Assembly (NCBI GenBank): GCA_000018565.1
Contig: CP000875.1
Coordinates: forward strand, 505,199 to 569,198
From: Herpetosiphon aurantiacus DSM 785
GTDB taxonomy: Bacteria; Chloroflexota; Chloroflexia; Chloroflexales; Herpetosiphonaceae
DNA: 64,000 bases
Direction of reading: 5' to 3'
In this document: piece by piece, positions 1 through 9,674 of the stretch
How the letters are laid out: every line of letters begins with the position of its first letter
Position numbering within the stretch: the stretch's first letter is position 1
Translations under genes and position numbers: made by a program
Notes under the pieces: model-generated
The model's database searches: none
Seen by the model: only the letters and a program-made list of their open reading frames with translations
Told to the model about the DNA's origin: nothing

Positions 1-3
1 GGG

Positions 4-1520
4 TTGTTGCTATGCTTGGGGGTGTTGAGCACCTGCCAAGCCCAACAGCCCACCCCAACCGTGATTACTCAAGCTAGCCCAACCATGCCACCAGCAGTAG
101 CCCAAGCCAGCCCAACCCAACCAAGCGCCACCCCAACCCCGCTACCCTTGCGTGTGCCCACCAATGAACGGGTGTTGGTGCAATTGAAAAAACCTGAATT
201 TGGCTTAGATATTAACTATTTTTGGATAGAACCAAGTGGCGAATTAACCGCTGTTGGTGCCGAATATCCTTATAAATTTATCAGTATCTTTGCTGAACAG
301 CAACTTGCAATTACCCATTTGGCCCATTTTATTCAGCTTTTTGATTTGACAACCAATCAATAGAGCAACCAGTCTCTGCTACCGAAATCCTACTCCCTGA
401 AACTGAGCGTTACCCACTAGCGATGTTCGCCAAGGGAAGGGTTTCATATTCGACTCTCTGGAGCGATCAACAAGTTGATCTGCTTGAGAATATGGATGTA
501 GTCGTCAATCGGCCTTATTTACCAGCTTTAGTCTTGTATATGCGCTACAATCCAGACCCTCAGCCTCATGAGCTATGGTTGTATGATCCACAAATGCAGA
601 CCCATACTCAAATTGAGTATACGAACCCAGATTATGTATTCAATGGGATGAGTCAAGCTTTGATCGATCCCAATTTGTAACAAGTGCTGATTATCCGAGT
701 GCCCCATGAATCGCCCCGTTTGTTGCGCTTAGATTTAGTCACCAATCAGCTTTCTGCATTTGAAACAACGTTCCAGCCGAATGATTACCGACGGATTGAG
801 CCGCTGGCCTGGCATGGACAAACACTCTATGTCTTGTTTCATGATCAACCAAATGGCTCCGCTACGCTCCAGCCAGTGTTAGCCAAGCTAACGCTTAACC
901 AACAAGCTAAAATCGAGATTTTAGCCGAATTAGCCGATTGGCCTGATTATTGGGTCAGTGCCAACCAACAAGCCCTCGTTTATCGCCAAAGCCAAACGGC
1001 CACTGAACAAACGCTGGTCTGGTGGAATTTAACCGATCAAACCTCACGCACGCTCACATTGCCGTTGGTATCGCACGCTGCCCTAGCCTTGGCTCCCGAT
1101 GGCTCGGCCTTGGCGATGGTCACGCTTGACCCAACCCAGCAGGTGGCCGAATTGCGCCGCTACGACTATGCCAGCCAAACTTGGCAGACACTTGATCAAC
1201 AGGCAAGCGGTCAGATTGTCACCACCAATCCTGTTGTTGGTTGGTCGGCGGATAGTCAACATTTGTGGTGGCAACGAAGTTTGCCACAGCCGTTGCTTGC
1301 CAAGGAGTATCGCGTGTACACAGCAACCGGAGCGTTGCAATCGACTGACGAATTGCCATTGCATCACCAGGCGGTGGTGAGTGCGGATGCTGAAACTCTC
1401 GTTTTAGTTGGGGTGGCGGGCACAATGCTTCAAGAACGCCAACATGGGCGCATAACCGCCCAGTTTCCTTTGCCCGTTGATCTCTTGGAGCAAAAGGTGC
1501 TAGCTGGAGTCAATCGCTAA
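4..1520 (+). pseudogene. Possibly disrupted secreted beta-propeller (TolB/PD40-like) gene. Three consecutive ORFs (4..363, 423..680, 684..1520). ORFs 2 and 3 are in the same frame, separated only by TAA at 678..680. ORF 1 is in another frame and enters from upstream of the window.
   Basis: Signal/lipobox-like N-terminus (LLCLGVLSTC). The motif LDL(V/T)TNQ recurs in ORF 1 and ORF 3. A single in-frame stop sits between ORF 2 and ORF 3. No separate RBS for ORF 3. Confidence 0.3.
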
Positions 1521-1645
1521 AAGCCAGACCCCAGCTTGGTTGTTACCAAACTGGGGTTTTCGATTAAGTTGCTGCTTAGTACTCATTGGCAGCTAGAGTT
1601 TCGCCCCACGGCATTGGTTGGTTGCAGTCACAAAACTCATATCCT
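1521..1645. repeat. Direct repeat copy A (about 125 bp, about 80% identical to 4413..4537). Contains a terminator hairpin agaccccagcttgg..ccaaactggggt.
   Basis: Aligned by eye to copy B. The reverse strand reads L*LPMSTK, a decayed version of the protease C-terminus LYLPMITK* that copy B encodes. Confidence 0.7.
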
Positions 1646-1763
1646 TGTGTGTACCCAATCAGTCTTGGGGCTGATGGGTACTCAGTCATGCGATGGGCTA
1701 GCTTTGGGGCCAAGCGGCTTAAACTGAGCCTGTGCTTACATCCATGCCAACGAGGAGACCACG

Positions 1764-2774
1764 GTGTCAGTTATTGATGTTCGTAATTTGGGCAAAACCT
1801 ACCGCACCATTGAAAAAGAAGGCGGAGTCAAAGGGGCGATCAAGGCGCTCTTTCGGCCTCAATATCGCGAAAAAGTGGCAGTTCACGATTTGAATTTTCA
1901 AATCGATGCTGGCGAAATTGTCGGCTATATTGGAGTCAATGGCGCTGGCAAATCGACCACAATCAAAATGTTGACGGGAATTCTCTACCCTACGACTGGC
2001 GCTGTTACAGTTTTGGGTCACGATCCGCAGCGTGAGCGGGTGGCTAATGCGCGTAATATTGGGGTCGTGTTTGGTCAGCGTAGCCAGTTATGGTGGGATT
2101 TAGCGCTGATCGAATCACTCAATTTGGTTGCCAATATTTATGAAGTCGAGCCAAGCCGCTATAAGCAATTGCTCAGCCATTTCAGCGAGGTCTTAGAGCT
2201 TGACGAAATTTTAAAAACGCCGATTCGCTCGATGTCGCTCGGCCAGAAAATGCGAGCCGAACTAGCGGCAGCCTTCATTCACGAACCCAAAATTGTGTAT
2301 CTTGATGAGCCGACGATCGGGCTTGATGTCATGGTCAAACAGCGGATTCGCGAATTTATTAAAGATTACAACCAAACGCATAATACGACGGTGATGCTTA
2401 CGACCCACGATTTAGGTGATATCGAGCAGCTTTGTTCGCGGGTGATCATCATTGATGCTGGCAGCAAAGTCTACGATGGGCCGTTGCATGCCATCAAGCA
2501 ACAATTTGGCAAATATCGCACAATTACCTTTGAAACCAACCAACCAATTACCAATGTGCAATTGCCACCAGCCTGCGAGCAATTAAGTTTGAGCGAATAT
2601 AGCCTTGAATTGAAGTTTGATCGCAGCCAATTAAGTGCCAGCCAAGTAGCCACAGCCTTGATGCAGCAAATAGATGTGGCCGATTTTACCTTGAATGAGC
2701 CTGATCTTGAGAGTATCATCAAACATTTATATCAAAACCCCACAGCCTATAACGAGGTAGCAGTTAATGAATAA
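1764..2774 (+). CDS. ABC transporter ATP-binding protein (GTG start)
   Basis: Walker A GVNGAGKST, ABC signature LSLGQKMR, Walker B IVYLDEPT. RBS GAGGAG 8 nt upstream of GTG. Confidence 0.9.
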   Translation: MSVIDVRNLGKTYRTIEKEGGVKGAIKALFRPQYREKVAVHDLNFQIDAGEIVGYIGVNGAGKSTTIKMLTGILYPTTGAVTVLGHDPQRERVANARNIGVVFGQRSQLWWDLALIESLNLVANIYEVEPSRYKQLLSHFSEVLELDEILKTPIRSMSLGQKMRAELAAAFIHEPKIVYLDEPTIGLDVMVKQRIREFIKDYNQTHNTTVMLTTHDLGDIEQLCSRVIIIDAGSKVYDGPLHAIKQQFGKYRTITFETNQPITNVQLPPACEQLSLSEYSLELKFDRSQLSASQVATALMQQIDVADFTLNEPDLESIIKHLYQNPTAYNEVAVNE

Positions 2775-3579
2775 ACTTGCTTATCGTTTGCGCATCTATC
2801 GCAGTGTGGTTGGCATGAATATTAAAGAAATGCTAGCCTATAATTTATGGTTTTGGTCGCAGCTTGGGGCGCATCTCTTCCTCACAATTGTGTATGTTTC
2901 GTTTTGGAAGGCACTGTATAGCGAACGCGAAACCATCGCAGGCCTAACCATGCAACAAACCTTAACCTATATCATCTTGGCCCGCATGATTGCGCCATTG
3001 GTACAATGGGGCTATACCCAAGAATTTGGCTATTGGATTCGTGAAGGCACCATTTCTAGCGAATTATTGCGACCAGTTGATTTTCAAGAACGCATTTTTA
3101 TTGGACATCTAACCAGAACGTTTGTTGCCTTAGCGCAACAACTTTTAGTAACCGGCAGCTTTGCAGTTTTAGTGTTTGATATTCGCTTACCAACTGATCC
3201 ATTAATTTGGCTAAGTTTTCTGATTTCGTTATTACTTGGCTGTAGTATTTTATTCTGCTTTGATTGGATTTTTGGCTGTGTCGCTTTTTATTCAACCGAA
3301 GTTTGGGGTTTACAAGTCGTGCGAGGCTCTATTTTGATGCTGTTTAGTGGCGTACTTTTGCCATTAACCATGTTGCCTTCAGGTTTACAAACCCTTGCCC
3401 AATGGATGCCCTTTGCTCAAAGTGTGTCGATTCCGGTATCGTTATTGAGCGGCATTACGCCACTGGATCAGCTTGGATCGATTTGGTTGCAACAATTAGC
3501 TTGGCTAGCGGTCATGTTAATGCTTTCCCGCTTGATGTTCAACTTCAGCGTGCGCAAAATAACCGTACAAGGTGGCTGA
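2767..3579 (+). CDS. ABC-2 type transporter permease
   Basis: Multi-TM hydrophobic protein. ATGA overlap with the ATPase gene. RBS gaggt. Confidence 0.8.
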   Translation: MNKLAYRLRIYRSVVGMNIKEMLAYNLWFWSQLGAHLFLTIVYVSFWKALYSERETIAGLTMQQTLTYIILARMIAPLVQWGYTQEFGYWIREGTISSELLRPVDFQERIFIGHLTRTFVALAQQLLVTGSFAVLVFDIRLPTDPLIWLSFLISLLLGCSILFCFDWIFGCVAFYSTEVWGLQVVRGSILMLFSGVLLPLTMLPSGLQTLAQWMPFAQSVSIPVSLLSGITPLDQLGSIWLQQLAWLAVMLMLSRLMFNFSVRKITVQGG

Positions 3580-3581
3580 TA

Positions 3582-4370
3582 ATGCTGCGTTATAGCAAAA
3601 TCTATTGGTATTTCGTCGTTCAGCGTTTCAAAATTTTGATGGAATATCGGCTGAATTTTTTTATTGGCTCGATTTCAACCGTGCTATTTCAAGGTGCGAG
3701 CATTATTGCAATGTGGGCAGTTTTGCGCCAAGTTCCAAGCATCCAAGGCTGGACACTTGAGCAAATTCTACTAATTTACGGCTTGTTGACCTTATCCAAA
3801 GGCATCAATCATTTGTTTGCTGATAATCTTTGGGTGATTGGGCGCGATTATATTCGACCTGGCCAATTTGATCGTTTTTTGGTGCGGCCAATTAATCCAT
3901 TATTCCATTTATTAGCCGATCGAATTTGTCATGATGCGATTGGTGATTTTATTGTCGGCTTTGGCTTGGTTGGTTATGCAATGGTCAAGTTACAATTACC
4001 AATTACCCTGGCAAGCATTAGTTTTATCATATTAATGGTTATCAGTGGGGGCATTATTTTTATTGCGCTGAATTTAATCACTGCGGCAACTGCTTTTTGG
4101 ATTATGGATTCAATTCCGGTAACCAATCTAGTGTTCAGCACCAATGAATTTGCGCAATATCCGCTAACCTTTTATCATCGCTCAGTCGGCATTTTATTGA
4201 CATGGCTGTTACCATATGGCTTTGCCTCGTATTATCCGGCCAGCTATTTACTCGGCCACTCGATTGGCTGGATGGCATGGCTGGCTCCGCTGATAGCGCT
4301 CGTGAGTATCACCATTGCCTATCGCTTTTGGGTATTTGGCCTCAAACACTACGGCAGCACTGGCTCGTGA
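3582..4370 (+). CDS. ABC-2 type transporter permease (second)
   Basis: In-frame ATG at 3582, 2 nt after the previous stop. Multi-TM. The longer 3402 start would overlap the upstream permease. Confidence 0.8.
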   Translation: MLRYSKIYWYFVVQRFKILMEYRLNFFIGSISTVLFQGASIIAMWAVLRQVPSIQGWTLEQILLIYGLLTLSKGINHLFADNLWVIGRDYIRPGQFDRFLVRPINPLFHLLADRICHDAIGDFIVGFGLVGYAMVKLQLPITLASISFIILMVISGGIIFIALNLITAATAFWIMDSIPVTNLVFSTNEFAQYPLTFYHRSVGILLTWLLPYGFASYYPASYLLGHSIGWMAWLAPLIALVSITIAYRFWVFGLKHYGSTGS

Positions 4371-4412
4371 GAATTGCTCTACGGGTTGGTATTCTACCTT
4401 CAATCGCTAAAA

Positions 4413-4537
4413 AGCAAGACCCCAGCTTGATAATAACCAAGCTGGGGTCTCCAATTAAGCTGCTACTTGGTGATCATTGGTAGATAGAGATTCGAGCCAC
4501 GGCACTGGTTGGTTTCAGTTACGAAGCTGATATCATC
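4413..4537. repeat. Direct repeat copy B. Its left part is the intrinsic terminator of the protease gene; its right part encodes the last ~25 codons of the protease.
   Basis: Hairpin 4417..4450 (agaccccagcttg/caagctggggtct) with a T-run on the minus strand. Similar to 1521..1645. Confidence 0.7.
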
Positions 4538-7516
4538 GATACTAAAGCGCACAATGTTGGCAGTTGAGTTATTGACTGAATCGAAGCGCAAGACATGCTC
4601 GCCGGCACTCAGATCGGTCAACGGAATCGTGACTTTGGCATAGCCATTGTCATATTCGGTATTTGCGTCGCTAACCCGGAAAATTTCCTCACCATCAAGG
4701 CTAAGCTTGACGTAATCTTGAATTCCCCGACCGTTATGCGCGTAAATCGAGAGGTAGAATTCCAGCGTTGCATCGCCTGCGGTTGTCGTGAAGGTTTGTT
4801 GGGCAAAGGCTGTTTCGGTCGTGCCTGAGCGTGCGCCAAAGCGCAACCAACTTGTGCCAGTCCGTGGTGCGCCAGCACAACCAGGCAATGAACACAATGG
4901 CGGCGAAACATCGCTAAATGAGTTTGAGAAGGCTTGCCAATTGGTGCCAAGCTCGAAGCCACCATTAATCAGGCTTTGGCCAGCTGGCTCAACCTCGATA
5001 TTAAATACTTGACTGGCTGTCAGGTTGCCGCTATCGCGCACAGTTACGGTAATCGGGTAGGTGCCAACTGCGCTGCTACAGGCACAATTCACGTTAGCCT
5101 TCAAGATCCCAGCTTGGTTGCTGATGCTAACGTTCATGCCTGTTGGTGCGCCAGCGGTACTGACTGTCAACGCACCCGCCAAATCAAGATCATCCGAGGC
5201 AGTGCCAATGGTCGCGCTGGTTTGCTTGCCTTGTTGCACCAATACGTCGCTGCTAAGGAACAAACTTGGCGCGGCTGGTGCGGCTGGGCCATTACAGGTG
5301 TAAATTTCAAAGTCGTCGATCGACCAGGTAACTGAGCGATTTGGCGTTGGGGTATCGCCAAGCGCGACCTTGAATCGGAAGCGGATCGATTGCCCAGCCA
5401 AGCTGGCTAAGTTCAAGCGGCTGGCGTTATAGCCATTGCTGTTGCCAACATAGGCTTGCTCGCCGCCAAACGCGCCATCTTCGGCGATATTAGTTGGGCC
5501 GTTGAAGCTAAACAAACCAGCAGCTGACTGCCAAGTACTACCATTGTTGGTGCTATATTCCACCACGCCCGCATCGATTGGCGCATAGAAATCATAGGCA
5601 TGGCGGAAGTAGGCAAAGCCATTGGCGGGAACCGTGACACTCGCATTTTGGGTAAAGGCCGATTCTTCAACCGCCTGATTCCACCCATACACACCGTTAT
5701 AGTTGGTTGCTGAGCCACTACCGCTAGTTGCATATGTCCCAACGAGTGGCGCTGGATTGGTAGTCCAAGTTTCGGTGCTGCCACTCAAGGCGCTTGCACT
5801 CCAACGATTATTGGGCAAGGCCTCAAAATCTTCGTTGAAAACGGTCGTTTGGGTTTGGCCAGGGCTACAAGCAGCAATATCAGGGGCTGGCGCGTTGGTT
5901 GGCTGAAGATCCATTTCGGTTGCCAAAATGGTTTTATTGACTTCAACACAATCGGCGGCGGTAATCCCATGGCTGCCTGTCAGGCTGGTACAGGCTTGGC
6001 GCAAGGCCGAAGCAAGGTCGGCATAATCGCTGCCCGAAGTTAACGAGCTAATTTGGGTTTCATAGAATAAATGGGCAGTTTTGGTGATGCCAATTGAGGC
6101 GATGGTTTGGCCGTTGAACGTATCGCCATCGCTTAAAAGATAGGCAGCCTTATTGGCGACACCACTGTTACTGTGCACCCCACCACTATCAAGCAGATTA
6201 GGATCGAGCACATACAATTCGCTCAACATGCGGTCGGGCTGATCACCTTGGGTTGGGTCTTGCATATTGCGAATCCCGCCCAAATCCTCGCCCATAATCC
6301 AGCGGGTAGTTTCGTCATCGTCGGCGCTACCATTGGTTTGATCCATAAATTCGCCGAAGATATCCGACATGGCTTCGTTGATTGCACCTGATTGGAAGTA
6401 GTAGAACAGGTTCGAGGTATATTCGGTTACCCCGTGCGACAATTCGTGGGCAACCACATCGTCGGCAGCAGCAAAGCCTTGGCCATAGGTCATTTGGCGA
6501 CCATTCCAGAAGGCGTTGCCATACGGGCAGCCCGCGCCAGGTGGGCAGTGCTTGACCAGTGAGATCAAGTTCATGCCGTTGTTGTCGATGCTGTTACGGC
6601 CAAAGAACAAGTTGAAGAAGTCGTAGGTATCACCCGAATAATCGTAAGCGGCATCGATATCAGCATCGTTGCTAGCGGCTGAGCCTTCGGTGCGCACATA
6701 TTCGCTTGGTTGATCACAGTTGTTATTGGGATTATCGTCGTTATCGACCACGTTGTTATCGTTACAAACGAAGCGATTTTTAGCAAAGCCAATTTGATTG
6801 AAGGCTAAGCTAATTTCGCCTGACTGGGCGTTAACGAACACATATTCGCGAATCGGGTTGCTGCTGGTTGATTCAACCGTAACAAACCAAACCAGGCTGC
6901 TTTTTTGTAAGCCTGTGCCACCCAACAAAGCTGGGTTATAAATTGCTAATTCGCTTTTGCTCACGTTCAACGCTGCCAAATTGACATCGTATTTGGTGGC
7001 AACATAGGTTTGGGCGGTATTAATCGCCTTGGCTTGGTCAATTTTGGGGTTGGTGTTTAAATTGAGATTTGGCAACACTTCGCCGTTGATGCTCAGTAAT
7101 TCACCAGCCTGATTGACTTGAACTTGCAATTCGCCAGCAATGACTGGCACGCCTTGGTAGCGCTGTTTATAACGCACAACCTGGCGACCATCTTGGGTGG
7201 TGCTAGTTTTGGCAACGGTGGCATCGCTGGCTTGAGCTAAGCCGAACAAATTGCCATATTCAGCCAAATAGGCATTGGCAATGTTGAGCGTATCAGCGCG
7301 ATTCAAGCCTACTGGTTGATCGAGGGTTGTGCCAGCGGCTGCGCCAATCCAGCGCACATAGCCAGTTTGGCTGTGGCGAGCAACATTGGCTCCTTGGCTG
7401 AGCAAGCGATTGATGGGCGAATTGGTGGTGGGCGTTTGGGCATTGCTCCGGCTTAACGGCAGCATGCTCACAACAATTAATACTGCTAGCAAACGCAGCA
7501 TTCGCATCGAACGCAT
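4463..7516 (-). CDS. Secreted M4 (thermolysin-family) zinc metalloprotease with a long C-terminal extension
   Basis: HExxH in VVAHELSHGV, then GAINEAMSDIFGE (the third Zn ligand region). Signal peptide MRSMRMLRLLAVLIVVSMLPLSRSNAQ. RBS aaggaaag before the ATG at 7516 (the 7654 start is rejected). Confidence 0.85.
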   Translation of the reverse strand: MRSMRMLRLLAVLIVVSMLPLSRSNAQTPTTNSPINRLLSQGANVARHSQTGYVRWIGAAAGTTLDQPVGLNRADTLNIANAYLAEYGNLFGLAQASDATVAKTSTTQDGRQVVRYKQRYQGVPVIAGELQVQVNQAGELLSINGEVLPNLNLNTNPKIDQAKAINTAQTYVATKYDVNLAALNVSKSELAIYNPALLGGTGLQKSSLVWFVTVESTSSNPIREYVFVNAQSGEISLAFNQIGFAKNRFVCNDNNVVDNDDNPNNNCDQPSEYVRTEGSAASNDADIDAAYDYSGDTYDFFNLFFGRNSIDNNGMNLISLVKHCPPGAGCPYGNAFWNGRQMTYGQGFAAADDVVAHELSHGVTEYTSNLFYYFQSGAINEAMSDIFGEFMDQTNGSADDDETTRWIMGEDLGGIRNMQDPTQGDQPDRMLSELYVLDPNLLDSGGVHSNSGVANKAAYLLSDGDTFNGQTIASIGITKTAHLFYETQISSLTSGSDYADLASALRQACTSLTGSHGITAADCVEVNKTILATEMDLQPTNAPAPDIAACSPGQTQTTVFNEDFEALPNNRWSASALSGSTETWTTNPAPLVGTYATSGSGSATNYNGVYGWNQAVEESAFTQNASVTVPANGFAYFRHAYDFYAPIDAGVVEYSTNNGSTWQSAAGLFSFNGPTNIAEDGAFGGEQAYVGNSNGYNASRLNLASLAGQSIRFRFKVALGDTPTPNRSVTWSIDDFEIYTCNGPAAPAAPSLFLSSDVLVQQGKQTSATIGTASDDLDLAGALTVSTAGAPTGMNVSISNQAGILKANVNCACSSAVGTYPITVTVRDSGNLTASQVFNIEVEPAGQSLINGGFELGTNWQAFSNSFSDVSPPLCSLPGCAGAPRTGTSWLRFGARSGTTETAFAQQTFTTTAGDATLEFYLSIYAHNGRGIQDYVKLSLDGEEIFRVSDANTEYDNGYAKVTIPLTDLSAGEHVLRFDSVNNSTANIVRFSIDDISFVTETNQCRGSNLYLPMITK

Positions 7517-7735
7517 AAATCTTTCCTTACACACTAAACGAATAACGCTCAGCATCACGCTATAAGGAAGAGTTGCCAGACCCCTCCCGATGCTGCCTAA
7601 TCCTCGCTCACCAGAGTTTCTCTCCGACCCGCGTTGCCAACCTCCCAAAAGCACTAGATGATCATATCAGCAATAGCGTTTGGCGATTATAGCGCATTCT
7701 GGCCAAAATGTGCATAGATCTTAAGATCGAGTTAT

Positions 7736-7760
7736 CTCAAAAATTGGGCCAATTTTTGAG
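7736..7760. promoter_or_regulatory. Perfect 10-5-10 palindrome ctcaaaaatt-gggcc-aatttttgag between the divergent protease and hrcA genes
   Basis: Exact inverted repeat read directly from the sequence. Confidence 0.4.
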
Positions 7761-7826
7761 ATTTTGTCGCAATTAGTTGTTGCTTTGGCGAAATGTTAGA
7801 GCGATGTAAGAGCTAGCGCTGCCCCG

Positions 7827-7855
7827 TTGCTTGCTCTATCGCGGCGTGTTACAAT
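7827..7855 (+). promoter_or_regulatory. Sigma-70-like promoter of the hrcA operon (TTGCTT-N17-TACAAT)
   Basis: Hexamers with 17-nt spacing, about 45 nt upstream of the CIRCE element. Confidence 0.55.
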
Positions 7856-7900
7856 ATTCAGCGGCGTGCGGCGAGCACGCCACTCTTATAACTTACCGAG

Positions 7901-7927
7901 TTAGCACTCCTCGGCCAAGAGTGCTAA
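7901..7927. promoter_or_regulatory. CIRCE operator (TTAGCACTC-N9-GAGTGCTAA), the HrcA binding site
   Basis: Perfect match to the CIRCE consensus, 14 nt upstream of hrcA. Confidence 0.92.
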
Positions 7928-7940
7928 AGCGAGGTGAGCG

Positions 7941-9005
7941 ATGCATCTTGAACTCAATGAGCGGCGACGACGGGTTCTTAAGGCGGTTATTCAACAATAC
8001 ATCGATACGGCAACGCCAGTAGCCTCGCAAGACCTTGCTAGGAGTTTGGGGGTTAGTTCGGCGACTGTCCGCAACGAAATGGCGGCGTTAGAAGATGCTG
8101 GCCTGTTGACGCATTTGCATACCTCGGCTGGGCGTTTGCCAACTGATGCTGGCTATCGCTTTTTTGTCGAAAATTTGATGGATCGGGCGGCGCTTTCGAC
8201 CCAAGAACAGCGCATGATCCAACATCAGTTTTATCAAATCCGCTCGGAATTGAACCAATGGATTCATTTGGCAGCAGCGGTTTTGGCTCGCACCGCCCAA
8301 ACGGCGGCGGTGGTTACGCCCCCGCGAGCCTACGAGAGCCGCTTCAAACATATCGAGTTAATTTCAATCAACGATGCCTTGGTCTTGTTGGTGTTGGTGT
8401 TGCACGAAGGCTCGGTCAAGCAGCAAACGCTGCCTGCCGACCCCAATACGACCCAAGAGCAACTAAGCCGCATCGCCGGACGAATTAATGAGTTGTGTCA
8501 TGAAGCCTCAGCCAAGGCGATTGCCAACATCGCTCACAATCAGTCAACCAACCAGCCGCCGCTTAGCAGTTTTGAAGTGCTGGTGATCGAGAGCGTGGCG
8601 CGGGCCATGCAACAATTCGAGGAGCATGTCAACGAATTAATTCATCACGATGGCCTGCTAGAGATGTTGCATCAACCAGAATTTGGCCAGGTGACGCGGG
8701 TACGCGAGGTGCTTTCGATCCTTGAAGGCGGCACCATGCTTGAGTCGTTGATTCCCCAAGCCTTGGCTTCGGATGGCGTGCAAGTGATCATCGGTGGTGA
8801 ACATAGCCGCGATGAACTGCGCGACTATAGCGTGATTTTGTCGCGTTACGGGGTCAATGGCGATGTTGCTGGTGTGGTAGGGGTTTTAGGGCCGCGTCGC
8901 ATGGCCTATCCACGTTCCATCTCCAGCGTGCGTTATATTGCTGGCGTGATGAGCGATTTGATGGGCGATTTATATGGCGAACGCAAAATAGAACCATCAG
9001 AATAG
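7941..9005 (+). CDS. hrcA: Heat-inducible transcription repressor HrcA
   Basis: N-terminal winged-helix region [36 protein letters not shown]. Sits downstream of CIRCE and is followed by grpE-dnaK-dnaJ. Confidence 0.95.
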   Translation: MHLELNERRRRVLKAVIQQYIDTATPVASQDLARSLGVSSATVRNEMAALEDAGLLTHLHTSAGRLPTDAGYRFFVENLMDRAALSTQEQRMIQHQFYQIRSELNQWIHLAAAVLARTAQTAAVVTPPRAYESRFKHIELISINDALVLLVLVLHEGSVKQQTLPADPNTTQEQLSRIAGRINELCHEASAKAIANIAHNQSTNQPPLSSFEVLVIESVARAMQQFEEHVNELIHHDGLLEMLHQPEFGQVTRVREVLSILEGGTMLESLIPQALASDGVQVIIGGEHSRDELRDYSVILSRYGVNGDVAGVVGVLGPRRMAYPRSISSVRYIAGVMSDLMGDLYGERKIEPSE

Positions 9006-9063
9006 TGCTAGACGCTAGGCTGTGATCATACAAGTTTGATCTTTACGGAGGTACGGAGTTCTC

Positions 9064-9579
9064 ATGACGGAAGAAGTGCAAGCACAATCAACTGACGATA
9101 CCAATCCTCAAGGCGATGCCGAAAGCCTGAACGAACGGATCGCCACGCTCGAACGCGAAGTTGAAGAACACAAAACCAACTGGATGCGAGCAATTGCTGA
9201 TTTCAAAAATTACAAACGCCGCACCGAAAGCGAACGCGAGGAGTTGATTCGCAATGCTAGCGCTGGTTTGATGTTGAAATTGCTTCCAGTGCTCGATGAC
9301 CTGCTCTTGGCGATGGGTCAAATTCCCGCTGAAATTGAAAACAATCAGTGGATTGGCGGCGTTAAACAAGTACAACGTAAATTTGAAACGGTGCTTGAAG
9401 GCGCTGGCCTGCAACCAATTCCTGCCGTTGATGAAGAATTTGATCCGAATATTCACGAAGCAATTATGTTTGAAGAAGGCGACGAAGCGCAATCAAACAA
9501 AGTTGTGGCCGAATTACGCCGTGGCTATAAGCTTGGCGAACGGGTCTTGCGTCCAACGGTCGTCAAAGTCGGCAAGTAG
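9064..9579 (+). CDS. grpE: Nucleotide exchange factor GrpE
   Basis: Coiled-coil N-terminal region and GrpE-like C-terminus. Position in the operon. RBS ggagg. Confidence 0.9.
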   Translation: MTEEVQAQSTDDTNPQGDAESLNERIATLEREVEEHKTNWMRAIADFKNYKRRTESEREELIRNASAGLMLKLLPVLDDLLLAMGQIPAEIENNQWIGGVKQVQRKFETVLEGAGLQPIPAVDEEFDPNIHEAIMFEEGDEAQSNKVVAELRRGYKLGERVLRPTVVKVGK

Positions 9580-9674
9580 GAGCAACTAGTCAAAGCATCG
9601 TTTTAAGTGGCATTGCTGCCGTGATTGGCCGTCGCTTAGCGATGCTTTGTCGCTGTCTGTGGAGCACGAGCTAT

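Noticed and set aside
3402-3581. Longer N-terminal extension of the second permease (start 3402)
   Set aside because: It would overlap the first permease by 178 bp in another frame. An ATG at 3582 lies 2 nt after the upstream stop.
7517-7654. Upstream 46-codon extension of the M4 protease ORF
   Set aside because: The signal peptide begins at MRSMRMLRLL (7516), which has a good RBS. The extension is hydrophilic and unlikely to be coding.
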